Shown piece after piece: positions 23,192 through 35,280 of a stretch of DNA of 48,696 bases; positions within the stretch are counted from its first letter, which is position 1, and every line of letters starts with the position of its first letter. A program made the position numbers and the translations under genes. The notes under the pieces were generated by a model. It made no database searches, was not told the DNA's origin, and was given only the letters and a program-made list of their open reading frames with translations. This DNA comes from Octopus sinensis (taxonomy: Eukaryota): positions 1-48,696 of the forward strand of contig NW_021836819.1 of the NCBI RefSeq assembly GCF_006345805.1, given 5' to 3'.

Positions 23192-23404
23192 AAGGCGGTG
23201 AGCTGGGAGAATCGTTACATACCGGACAGAATGCTTAGCGGCATTTCTCCCAACTTTATGTTCTGAGTTCATATGTCGCTGAGGTCGGCTTTGCCTTTCA
23301 TCCTTTCGGAGTTAATTGAGCAATAGAGTCGATATAATCGATATAATCGACTAGCCACTTCCTACAAAATTTTAGGACTTGTACCTTTTAGCAGAAAGAA
23401 TTAT
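23192..23404 (+). mobile_element. Degenerate SINE-A, alpha tail
   Basis: aaggcggtgagctgg...gcctttcatcctttcgg...aaattttaggacttgtacc. Confidence 0.75.
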
Positions 23405-23936
23405 TTAAGTGCTGAGTTCAAATCTCTTTCTTGCTAATCTTGGAGTCCACCTTACTGGCCCCCACTCTACGTACACTAATTAAAGACCCAAAACTCTCGG
23501 AAGTTCACCAAAGAAAAAACTCAAGCAATAAAACACACCAAGTTTTCTAGTTTCTACATTTTTATGTAATGTCTTTCTTTAATAAATCGACGATAATTTT
23601 GTTTAAATGCCAACTTCCCACATTAAAAATTAGCTGAGATATGAAACGGTGGTAAATAAGAAACTAAAGTATTTGAACTGAGGGGGATTATGGTAAAATG
23701 AACAACAAAATATAGGATTTTTTCGACCTTGTCCTCTACACACTTTAAAAATTCTTATTGTTAGAACGTTTCAGTCAAAACGTTTAGGAAAGATCATGTC
23801 TTCAGTATAAAGCGAGATGATATTATTGCGATACTATTTTTTCCTGGCAGAATGTAAACATATACATTTACATATATACATATACATATATTCTTACTGT
23901 ACATTGAAAATAATTTATATTCCAATTAAATCTCAC

Positions 23937-24028
23937 CTTGAAAATGCCATAACCACATAAACATGAACTGGTATGGGAAAGTTCTCCACATAATCCCGAA
24001 AGACTAGCTGACATCATTAGTGGATCCT
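23937..24028 (-). other. Candidate 92 nt exon of an unidentified host gene
   Basis: Acceptor gtgtatttgtttacAG|aggatcc and donor ttttcaag|GTGAGA in unique sequence; reading frame undetermined. Confidence 0.4.
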
Positions 24029-24205
24029 CTGTAAACAAATACACGTCTTTATGACGTAATAGCATATCGCCGGAAATGATTGAACTTCATTGTTTATACA
24101 TATAACGTCGTTCAAAGACGCAGTGAATACTTGTAAGATAGAATTCGTTATTTATTGAAATAAACAACTAAATTCTTTCTTTTTCTGTTTGATAATTTGT
24201 TTTAC

Positions 24206-24860
24206 CTACGTCTTACTGATAAGAAAGCTAAAATGCTGTCGTTACGGACAGACAGCAACATCCGTTGCATCACCTCTCTAACTCACAGGTTCTTTCTTCG
24301 CTACTGTTTAAGGAAGGAGAACTGCAAACGGAGGAACAAGAACACAGAGGTCACAACATCAACGGGCTTTAAAGAAAATCTGTGAATCTGTCCGTTAGTG
24401 ACTCCTACTTAGCCATCTTCGGTAATCAGAGCAGCAGAGGCAGTTTCCGAGTCTACAGCTGAAGTGACTAAGTTGGCACTGGAGAATGTGTCACCAGGCG
24501 TGGTTTCTCAGATGAGCAACGCGCCACTCTGAACATGAAGGCAGTTACTCGTCCACTGTCCTCTGCGATCGAGGCCAACAGGCTCCATTTTTGACAGGGC
24601 ACCCTCACATTTACGCCTACTTTCAGTTACAGCGTTCAGCGCAGCGGGGTTAGGGAAACGAACCGTAGTGAAAGGACGAGAGAGAAAAATAGAGAACATG
24701 TGCCGTGCAAACTAGCGGAGAATTGATCCACAGCGAAAACTGAGGCATACGATAATGTCTATGCCTTTGCACTCATCACCAATAACGGCGCCGGTCGAAG
24801 TAAACGGTGCCATATCGAGTCAAGCGCTGCTGTTTGGTTGTCGCGCTCTTTTGAAATATT
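24206..24860 (-). promoter_or_regulatory. Candidate promoter and non-coding first exon
   Basis: Unique, GC/CpG-richer than its flanks, with no credible ORF. Inr-like TCAGTT at 24743-24738, CCAAT at 24779-24783, and donor-like AG|GTAAAA at 24206/24205. Confidence 0.3.
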
Positions 24861-24879
24861 GATATATGCTATATTATTA

Positions 24880-25135
24880 GGTGTGGCTGCGTACTAAGAC
24901 ATTTGCTTCCCAATCACATGGATCCGAGTTCAGTCCCACTACGTGGCATCTTGGGCAAATTTCTTCTGCTAAAGACCCGGACAACCAAGGCTTTGTGACT
25001 GGATTTGGTTGATAGAAACTGAAAGAAACCTGCCGTATGGGTGTATTTATCTGTGTTTGTGTTTGTATCCCCATCGCTGCTTCACAGCCAGCCGGTGTTT
25101 CCTTGTTTACGCCCCCGTAACTTATACACACACAA
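24880..25135 (+). mobile_element. Truncated SINE-B
   Basis: gtggctgcgtactaag..gagttcagtcccactacgtggcatcttgggcaa..gtttacgcccccgtaactta. Confidence 0.8.
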
Positions 25136-25180
25136 TCTATATGTGTGTATATATATACATATATATATACACACACACAC

Positions 25181-25217
<37 letters not shown>

Positions 25218-25245
25218 ACACACACACCACACACACACACACACA

Positions 25246-25323
<78 letters not shown>

Positions 25324-26010
25324 TACAAACATCGTGTATTCACACTCATTACAGCCATGAACGAGAGTGAAGAAGCGCCTTAACTCTTGATAACATTAGC
25401 CACAAATCACACATTTATACACCACCCGTCACCAAACCACCAAATGGCACCAAAACCTCTTAACGGTTTTCAAAAATCTTTGTCAAAATTTTCGTGTGAA
25501 TATCTGCAGACATCTATGGCGACCATCTAAATAAAGAGTGAGATTTTGATTTATCTGTAAAGATAACATCTTCAATTGATGTCTGTCAAAAACATTGTCT
25601 ATTTTTGTTCGACAACTGAAGTTTGTCGGCACAAAAACTATTACAAAACTTTCTATTATTTCAGAAACTATTCTAATGGCGTATCAAAGTACGTTTCTTC
25701 TTTTATGTGTATTGAGTGAAATTATTCAATAAAAATTTAGTCGTTTGTTTCCTGTCACTAAAAAAGTTAGTTATATATGTTTGTTTTTCTTTTTGGTTCT
25801 TTAAAGATTAAATCATTTTATTTTCTACGCCAAAGGGTTTTTTTTTTCCTTTATTCGTCGATAGGTTGGTATGTGCGATGAACTCTATGGTTGGCTAATG
25901 AGATCAGAAAAGGAGTGACACGCATCAGGAGTTTTCTCCTGTATGTACCGGAAAAACTGAAATGGCATTAGTCATTGGCTAACGATTTTTAGTTTCCTTG
26001 CCGCATGCTC

Positions 26011-26299
26011 ATTACTCTGCGCGCGTAAGCGAAAGCAGTGTATTGTAATCAGCCATCTTTGTCTGTCTGTGTTTTTGCAAAATTACTAAAAAACAGCTGA
26101 TCGGATTTTTACCAAATCTGGTACAAATACTCATTGGATAAGTGGCTCAAAATGATGAAAATTTGGTTTGATTATCTTCAAAACTGGACGATAAACGAAT
26201 CAAAATGTTTTGACTGTGCAGATTTATTGAGAAATAATTTGTGTGCACGCAAGGTATGCATTGTTTTAGCATGTTCTCGGCACAAGAATCTATTGTTAG
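26011..26299 (+). mobile_element. Possible Helentron-associated non-autonomous element (HINE/DINE-like)
   Basis: Layout attactctgcgcg..tgtctgtctgt..gatcggatttttaccaaatctggtaca recalls this class; not searched. Confidence 0.4.
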
Positions 26300-26604
26300 C
26301 ACATTAAAACATGTATTATGTCTATTAAATACTATTTATCTCTCACCAGATGGAGTACTTTTTTGTTGATCTCACCATCACAGAACAGCACACAATATAT
26401 GTGTATGTGTGTGTGTATTCGTAAAGATACTATTATTGTTAATATTATCTGTGGCAAATATAATATATTGTTAATACCAACAATAACATAAATGGTTACA
26501 GGAATTAAATAGTATCAAATAGCTATAAATTTAAAATTAGCATTAAGCAAAATGACGCACTGGGCGTCTAGCCTGTTTAGAAATAGGAGTCAAAACCCCA
26601 ATGA

Positions 26605-26644
26605 ACCACCTAAAGCACACACACACACACACACACACACATAC

Positions 26645-26684
<40 letters not shown>

Positions 26685-26722
26685 TGTGAGTGTGTGTGGT
26701 GTGTGTGTGGTGTGTGTGTGTG

Positions 26723-26761
<39 letters not shown>

Positions 26762-26773
26762 TGTGTGTGTGGT

Positions 26774-26807
<34 letters not shown>

Positions 26808-26877
26808 GTGTGTGTGTGTGTGTTTGGTTGTTGTGATGTGTGTGTGGTGTGTGTGAGTGGTGTGTGTGTGTGTGAGT

Positions 26878-26943
<66 letters not shown>

Positions 26944-26985
26944 TGTGTGTGTGTATGTATGTATGTATGTATGTATGTATGTCTG
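26605..26985. repeat. (CA)n/(TG)n/(TATG)n microsatellite
   Basis: Direct reading. Confidence 0.95.
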
Positions 26986-27159
26986 AAATCGTGTGCTGAA
27001 ACAAAAATAATTGCAGCGGGGAAGGTGTTTATAAGCCATTTAAAAACAGACAAAAACCGTTGGATTCACTTCAACATTTAAATCTAACTTGCCAAAATAT
27101 TTTAGTCGCTTTGAGACCGCGACCTGTTCACTGACAAAATTCCGTGTTGGTTTATATAC

Positions 27160-27232
<73 letters not shown>

Positions 27233-27999
27233 CATTATTACACATACATGCCACACGCTTAGAGGGACATTAGTCATTTCTACCAAAAAATTTTACTAAT
27301 CATACCCAATGCAATTTTTCCAAAGCTAGACATTTAAAAAATGAATTTAGTCTTGTATCACCTGTGATTTCGTACTTATCGCAGTTTCGACCGTATATAT
27401 ATAATTTGATTCGCCCCTCGAGTGTGTGTGTGTAGGCACATAGGCACATGTAGGTACATACATAGATATGTAACTCTGTGTGTGTATGTGTGTGTAGTGA
27501 TGGATTCGGGGTTTTCTTTTATTTAAGAGTTGATTTCTTAATTTCACCGGAATATAAATGCCTATAATGGTGATAGTCATTTAAACTCCGGTGATACTTT
27601 AAAAATATATACTTAAAAGGATACTTAAAAAATAATTTTTTTTTTTAAGTCGAACTTATAAATTTCCCTATAAGCAAGTGGTCATATTATTTATATCCTA
27701 CAACGTTTGATTTGCCTACCATCAATGAAAGGTGTTGAAAACACGTCTCAAATTCTAAGTATTTCATTTTGTTCACTTTCTTTTTCATAATCTTGAATAT
27801 TATTTGAATAATCATATATTTAGCCATATGCAAAATTTTACTCATATGCGTTTGGCATAGGCATCGATCAAGTCTGCTATTAGCTGCCATCAATTTATGA
27901 TTCTGATCCTCTTTTAGTCCAACCCTTAGCTTAATTCGTTCAATTAAAAAGCATGGGTAAGCAGCGCATTGTGAGCCTCACTATACTTTGAGGAGTCTG

Positions 28000-28260
28000 A
28001 TGGCTTAGTTTTAAGAATCCGTCTTGCGATTCTTTCCCGCCACATTGTACCCAAATATCCGTAGTATATGCAGAGACATGTACCTGGAAAAGCCCTACCT
28101 TGAAAGGTTCCTTCATCTCCCGCGTTACGCACCCTATCGAGTAACGTTACTCCAGAGGTATTTCGAAGAAACCCCATTTCTGCCGTTTGTATTTGCAATC
28201 GTTCACTTCCGGTCATTATACCCAGCATTCTTGACCAGGCACGAAACTGAATGGAAGATA
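28000..28260 (-). mobile_element. Old RTE-like LINE C-terminal fragment
   Basis: RLQIQTAEMGFLRNTSGVTLLDRVRN and RERIARRIL. Confidence 0.7.
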
Positions 28261-28739
28261 ACAAGTTTGGCTTTTTTACCAGCCTCTTCCATTCTAACGC
28301 AAATTGATATTTATATTCACTTATCTATACTTATATTAGCTTTATTGAATACTTACAAATCGAAACTTATTCCAACCAGGACCAAGTTTTGTTTATCATT
28401 AATAGGTTTTCTTGCATTTAACAAGTTATCTGTCAGAGCGATATCTGGCTTTTATCTTACAATTTCTTCATTTGATTGTGAAATTATTTTGGTAATTTGA
28501 AGAGATAGAATTGGTTCTCTTCAATTTGATCTCTTATTTACTGTATTGTCAAATGTTCAGTTTTTTCAACTTCTTCATTTCATCATGGACCTGTGGACTT
28601 AATAGGCGATCGCTTGCTGTAATGTCTCGGTTACTTTTTTCCAGTGTCTTCATTTCAAAAGGAAAGATTTGTACATGAATATACTACCGCTAAAAACTAC
28701 TGATCCCTGGTTCTGCCACCTGAAGAAAACTCTATACAG

Positions 28740-28945
28740 TTCCTCAACCTGCTAGAAATAGCTGCCAAATTCCCCACAAAGTACACTTACCCATCACTTT
28801 TTAAAAGGGGAGACTATTGGATAATGTAGTCATCAATAACCCCCAGAAGACTAGAAGGCTTAGGTAGTCCTGTTGAAATGTCTTTGATCATAGTTCAGCT
28901 TGATCAAGGTTGGCCTCAAGCTAAACGCCAAGAACAACAACTGCA
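28740..28945 (+). mobile_element. Unassigned retroposon 3' fragment with (AAC)n tail
   Basis: caacctgctagaaatagc..gctaaacgccaagaacaacaac; a short inverted relative lies at ~30345-30392. Confidence 0.5.
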
Positions 28946-29670
28946 AAACAACAAGACGCTCTGGCATGTCTGCAACTGAGGGACGTTCATGAAACAGTAA
29001 TAGTTGACGTCGCTTATTATGATCACTTTAGAACGAAGCCTTTTCAGTAAGAATAACCGGTTGATAATAGTCAGCAAATAAAAGATTAAAGACCTTGCTA
29101 ATTTTTATAACAATAACAGACTGGCGACATGATATCTAATTATTGCATTTGTTCCAACGCTTTTCGCTCCGAGTTCAAATCAAGCCGAGTTCAGCTTGAA
29201 CTATTTTACTTTCTGGGGCCGATTACAAAAGCTGATGGATTAAAGGGACTGTAAACAACATTGTCGCACCTTATGGCATTTCTTCCTGTTTTTTACGTTC
29301 TGAGTTCAAATTCTGCGATGGTCTACATAGATTGTAGATTTAACCCATCGCTTGGTTTAACACCATTTGCTGGGGCTTTACTTATGATTTTCGTTCCCTT
29401 GGAGTCATGGGCTAAGGACGACATTTCTTCCCTGTCCTTGACTCTGGGTTGTCTTTTCTGCTTTTCCAGTTGGATACCTGCTTCATCATATGTTTCCCTA
29501 ACAGAAGGCCTTCCTCTTCCATGTCTTGCTCATTTTGATTTACAATCAATGCTTTTGTATTTTTTGCATTTTTTCTAGGTAGGAATGTTGGCCCTACACA
29601 AACCCAGATTTACCTCTAAGAAAAGATGGTCCATATTAATCTAGCATATATCCTTTAATCTACCCAGCAA

Positions 29671-29902
29671 GACTGCAGTTCGGTCATGGAGCGAACTGCA
29701 GTCGTGGATCAAAAACAGGCCGAGGAAGGGCGAATGGCACCGCGAGTGTCGCGTTGCTCTCAAGCAACTATGCCGTCCCGGGTCGACCTTGAGTGACTTC
29801 AACACAACCAAAGCATTCTATAGGGGATTAGTGGAGGAGGTACGATGACGAGCTCGGGGCGAAACTGGACGTCGACGAGGAATACCTGACTCGCCTGTTC
29901 AA
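29671..29902 (+). mobile_element. Internal Tx1-like fragment with a fold-back end, abutting (GATA)n
   Basis: 29692-29902 matches the reverse complement of ~5740-5952 (ELQSWIK..DEEYLTRLF); 29671-29691 is a 21 nt antisense piece. Confidence 0.88.
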
Positions 29903-29913
29903 GATAGATAGAT

Positions 29914-29984
<71 letters not shown>

Positions 29985-31869
29985 CAGATTGTGCTTAAAA
30001 AGTTGGCTTTGCAACCACATACCAAGACGCACATACCAAGACCTTGAGTGCATTTGTTAGACGGAATATATATGGAAGTCTGCCGTGTGAATGTGTGTTC
30101 TAGTGTGTGGGTAAAAGTATATGTTTTTAATTTCAAGATACATTTCGCAGTTGCACTGGAATGCATCCTCGGTGGTGTTCCTTCGGACTCAAGGGGGCTT
30201 GAAGTCTTTCAGCATCAGAGCCCTCTCACCTAGTTACCCCAGCTGGTAACTAGGTCCCAATATGCATTTACTCATCTGCCCTCTTTATCAAATGCCGACT
30301 AGTTACCCTCTCTGCAGCTTCAGTAATGGAATTTAGGACCTTCCTCTTTGTTGTCGTTTAGCTTCAGATTTGGTTGCTATTTCTAGCATATTAATCTGCC
30401 ACGTTGAAGCACCTTCACTGATTCGTGTCTGTCTCTGTATGCAAGTGTTTCTAGTGTGCATGCGTAATTTTGTGACTAAATTTTTTAATCAAATTCTATT
30501 CTCATTTTGAAAACTATTTTCAGTAACGAAATAATGGTATTTTTTTTTAATCTTAATTAGCTTCACTGTAAATTAACTAAGATTCATTAAAATATAAAGT
30601 TCAGAAAAACTGAGAAACTTCGTTTTGTTTTTATTTTGTGTTTGAGTATTAGGTTGTCGTTGTTTCTTTGGGTGGGGGTGCGCAGGAGAATTTATTTTTT
30701 GTTTCTTTGTTTTGGGGGTGGGTTGTATGGCTTGTATTTTTAATTGGGGTGTTCAGTTAAATATGATATTTTCAACAATCCATTCATTTAAAACTGAATT
30801 GGAAATTATAATCAATTCGGTGAGAGGCGGGCATAAAAAAATTAAACATCATTCTGCGTGATTATGAATTTGATTATGTGTGTGAGTATGTGTGTGAGCG
30901 CGTGTTTGGGACTATGTGTATGTGTGTGCATCTGTGCGTGCATGCAAGTGTGTATATATGGGTGCGTGCATGTGTGTGTATGCTTTTATTAACGGTGTGC
31001 GCCATGATTGTGAGAGGTGGAGGTGACGACCTCCTTAGGCTAGTGTTCATTCTCCTATCTTTATATCGCTGAATTAAAAAAAAAATCCAGTTGCATTATA
31101 TCCTCTTGATTGCGACAGAAATAAAGCAACAGTAAAGCAATGAAATTTCGTGACCTGGTTGTTAATGTGTTGGAGTTACGATCATATAGCCATAGATTTC
31201 AATTCCTGAAACCAGGAGGTGGAGCATTGGATCCTTGAGCAAAGCACTTCATTACACCAGACTAATCTACTGTAAAGGGTGCCAGCCGGTTACTGGCACA
31301 GCTCTTTCTCCTTCCAGCTTCACATCCTCAATGTTCTAATTCTTAGTGGAGATAGCTTGCTCCTGTATCACTAATATTCTTTCTGTTCCTGAGACGGTAG
31401 TGTTTTCCACATCGATAATAGAAATTTATTCAGATATTTGTATTTAGTGGAAATTTCAGATCTAGAATTCAGATTTGAAAAGAATATGAATTCTTTCGGC
31501 TATACAAAGCATGCACGTATTTGGCCCATTAATGTAGGGCGTGGATCGTTCTATGATGCTCCACTATTGTTCGCCTTCATATTCCAGATATGATTAGCTA
31601 ACTTAGTGGTTTAACAGCAACAAATAGCAACTAATTGGCTTTAAAATTGAGCTTCTTACTTACACAGCTATATTATATTTTAATAAGAATATTGCTTATA
31701 GGTCATTTTGAATACCAACGATGCTCAAAGTGTCTACACTTTACTGTCAACAGTTTTCATTCACTGCCACAACCTTTACTTGTATTTTCTTTCTCTATTT
31801 TGCAATTTTACCTAGATTAACTTCTTTGTCATTTCCACCTGCCAGTCTAACCTTACGCTGACTTTTGGA

Positions 31870-32449
31870 GGGGCCACTCGATTAGATCGACCCCAGTACG
31901 CAACTGGTACTTAAGTTATCGACCCCGAAAGGATGAAAGGCAAAGTCGACCTTGGTGGAATTTGATCTCAGAACGTAAAACCAGACGAAATATCGCTAGT
32001 GCCAACGTGTCTGCCAGCTCGCCGCCTTGCTATCATGACAATATTCTTTTCTACTCGACGCACAAGGCCCGAAATTGGGGGGGCGGGGGGCACTCGATTA
32101 GATCGACCCTAGTACGCGACTGGTACTTAAGTTATCGACCCCGAAAGGATGAAAGGCAAAGTCGACCTTGGTGGAATTTGATCTCAGAACGTAAAACCAG
32201 ACGAAATATCGCTAGTGCTAACGTGTCTGCCAGCTCGCCGCCTTGCTCTCATAACAATATTCTTTTCTACTCGACGCACAAGGCCCGAAATTTGGGGGGT
32301 GGGTGTCAGTCGATTAGATCGACCCTAGTACACAACTGGTACTTAAGTTATCGACCCCGAAAGGATGAAAGACAAAGTCGACCTCGGCGGAATTTGATCT
32401 CAGAACGCAAAGCCCGACGAAATACCGCTCGTACTAACGTGTCTGCCGC
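31870..32449 (-). mobile_element. Three tandem alpha-tail SINE-A copies with flank (period ~217 bp)
   Basis: gaccccgaaaggatgaaag at ~31921, ~32137 and ~32355; shared spacer ttgct(a/c)tcat and a shared internal deletion. Confidence 0.9.
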
Positions 32450-32460
32450 CTTGCTATCAT

Positions 32461-32850
32461 GGAATGGAAGCACTCCGTCGGTTACGACGACGAGGGTTCC
32501 GGTTGATCCGAATCAATGGAACAGCCTGCTCGTGAAATTAACGTGTAAGTGGCTGAGCACTCCACAGACACGTGTACCCTTAACGAAGTTCTCGGGGATA
32601 TTCAGCGTGACACAGAGAGTGACAAGGCCGGCCCTTTGAAATACAGGTACAACAGAAACAGGAAGTAAGATGTGAGAGAAAGTTGTGTTGAAGAGTACAG
32701 CAGGGATCACCACCATCCCCTGCCGTAGCCTCGTGGAACTTTTTGGTGTTTTCGCTCAATAAACACTCACAACGCCCGGTCTGGGAATCGAAACCGCGAT
32801 CCTATGACCGCGAGTCCGCTGCCCTAACCACTGGGCCATTGCGCCTCCAC
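32461..32850 (-). mobile_element. Full-length SINE-D, tail 2, 11 bp TSD
   Basis: CTTGCTATCAT at 32450-32460 and 32851-32861; near-identical to 37589-37978. Confidence 0.93.
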
Positions 32851-33244
32851 CTTGCTATCATAACAGTATTGTAACAGCGCTTACAATTTGAAATACAGGA
32901 AGAAAATATTGGTCACCTCGATAGCAAGAACAAATTTGATTATTAATTTTTTTTTCCTAAATGTTTAATATTCATTAAATGTTTAAAGCTATTTCATTCT
33001 TATTTCGATATTTAAATTTAATTTCAGTGATACCTTGGTACTTCTCTTTTATATTTTACTATTTTTTTAAATTTCTATTTATCTTAATAAATGTTAAGAC
33101 ACATTGGACAATGTACCCCAGTATAAACAAAAATATACCATAATATATAAGTATATGCAAGAGTTTGTATATATATATATATATATATATATATAAGATA
33201 GATAGGTAGATACATACATAGATACATAGATAGCCATGAATATG

Positions 33245-33358
33245 ATAGGTAGAAAGATAGACAGACAGACAGACAGACGGACAGACGGACGGACAGACGG
33301 ACAGACAGATAGACAGACGGTCGGACGGACAGACAGACGAACGCACGAACAGACAGGC

Positions 33359-33394
<36 letters not shown>

Positions 33395-33550
33395 GGACAG
33401 ACGGACAGACGGACAGACGGACAGACAGACGGACGGACAGACGGACAGACAGATAGACAGACGGTCGGACGGACAGACAGACGAACGGACGAACAGACAG
33501 ACAAACAGGCAGACAGACAGACAGGCAGGCAGACAGACAGACAGACAGAC

Positions 33551-33616
<66 letters not shown>
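33245..33616. repeat. (GACA/GACG)n to (GATA)n compound microsatellite
   Basis: Direct reading. Confidence 0.95.
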
Positions 33617-33618
<2 letters not shown>

Positions 33619-33963
33619 TCCTCGACATAAGGAAAATAGACCAAGGAGCGATTCCCTCCCCTCAAGTAGCAATTTCCAGTACCACTATATACACATGTGC
33701 GAGCACGTGCGTATGTGTGAGTGTGTCTAATCTTTTCGAGGGAAAGAATTATTTCGAGAGAACGAGAAATAATTCTTTTCCAAAAAGAATCTCTGTGTGT
33801 GTGTGTGTGTGTGTGTACGCGCGCGTGCGTTGGGGCGTGTGCGTGTGTGCCTGTGTGTGTTTGTGTGTGTGTGTGTATGTGTGTATGTGTGTGTGTGTGT
33901 ATAGTGCTGGCTGGAATTGCTACTCAAGGTGAATGAATCGCTTCTAGGTTTATTTCCATCATG

Positions 33964-34002
<39 letters not shown>

Positions 34003-34005
<3 letters not shown>

Positions 34006-34450
34006 CGCAGAAGTAGATATGTGGTAAGTAGATTGCTTACTTGGAGAATGCAGCAAGCGGCGGGCGTTGTTGCTTCTCCCATCAACCATTTCTTTCATTT
34101 CATCATCATCCTGTCCTTGTCCAGCCCGCAGCTACGCCCTCTATGTACGGCTTTCATAGCCGATAAAATTAAATAAAGTAGCTTGCTTAACAACCACACG
34201 GTTCTGGGTTCAGTCCCACTGCGTGGCACCTTGAGCAAGTGTCTTCTACTATAGCCTCGGGGTGACCAAAGCCTCGTGAGTGGATCTGGTAGATGGAAAC
34301 TGGAAGAAGCCCGTCGTATATGTATATATGTATGTGTGTGTGTGTGTGTATTTTTGTGTGTCTGCGTTTGTCTTCCCCCACAGGGGGTCGATTGCTCGAC
34401 TAAAGGTGGTGCTCCGCATGGTCGCAGTCAAATGTCTGAAACAAGTAAAA
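34003..34450 (+). mobile_element. SINE-B interrupted by a 136 bp insertion (34040-34175)
   Basis: Head at 34003-34039 resumes at 34176; aagtag(a/c)ttgctta flanks the insert. Confidence 0.75.
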
Positions 34451-34586
34451 AATAAAAGAAAGGAAAAAGAATATATATATATTATATATATTATATATAT
34501 ATATTATATATATATATTAATATATATAATATGTATGTATGTATGGTATATATCCTTGTTTCGCTCCTTTTTTCTTTCTGTGTTCC

Positions 34587-34620
34587 TTTCTGTAGAAGAG
34601 CGTAGGCTCGAAACGTAAAG
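34587..34620 (+). ncRNA. Minimal hammerhead-like motif (A6U variant, zero-loop stem III)
   Basis: UUU CUGUAGA A GAGC-GUAG-GCUC GAAA CG UA AAG, within a short repeat (34570-34712) flanked by TA tracts. Confidence 0.45.
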
Positions 34621-34944
34621 ACTTTTTCTATTCCTGAGCGTTATACTAATACATCTGTTTGTTCTGTACACACCTGTCTTCGTCTTTTGTTTTTTCGTAA
34701 ACTCTCCCTATATTATATCCAATATATATATAAATAAATATATTATATTATATATGAATATTAGAGACAAAACCAATATTCGCAAACAAACAAAGGAAGA
34801 GACTGAAAGCCAATACATAAATACAAATTTTATATAATTAATTTGTTAAATTTTAATTATATAAAATTTTTTATGTATTGGCTTAAGTCTTTCTTTGATT
34901 TGCATAATAGTGGTTTTGTCTCTAATTTATTATTATTATATATA

Positions 34945-34994
<50 letters not shown>

Positions 34995-35280
34995 ATATAT
35001 ATATAATATATATATATATATTATTATATATTATATATATATATATGAATATACGTATGTATATTGACTGTATCAGTCAGTTATAAGATGTAATTGACTC
35101 CATCTATAAATCGAAAGCAGAGAAATTATTAGTGCAATAGGCCTTAGTGCTTTATTACTTATATATATTAAGACATCAATAAACCCCACAAATCAATACT
35201 TCATAAGTAGCCAACAAACATTGTGATTGATTCATTAAAAAGTCTCTGGACACGATTATTGTTAATATTTGCTCTATTAA

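Noticed and set aside
27095-27140. Minus-strand GUGAACA (G3-C8-like) hammerhead candidate
   Set aside because: G12 is missing and stem I cannot form.
29380-29525. Minus-strand RHGRGRPS peptide suggesting an RTE C-terminus
   Set aside because: Only one short motif; too degraded to support.
34148-34162. Histone-mRNA-like stem-loop
   Set aside because: Stem and loop sizes do not fit the 6 bp/4 nt consensus, and no histone CDS lies upstream.
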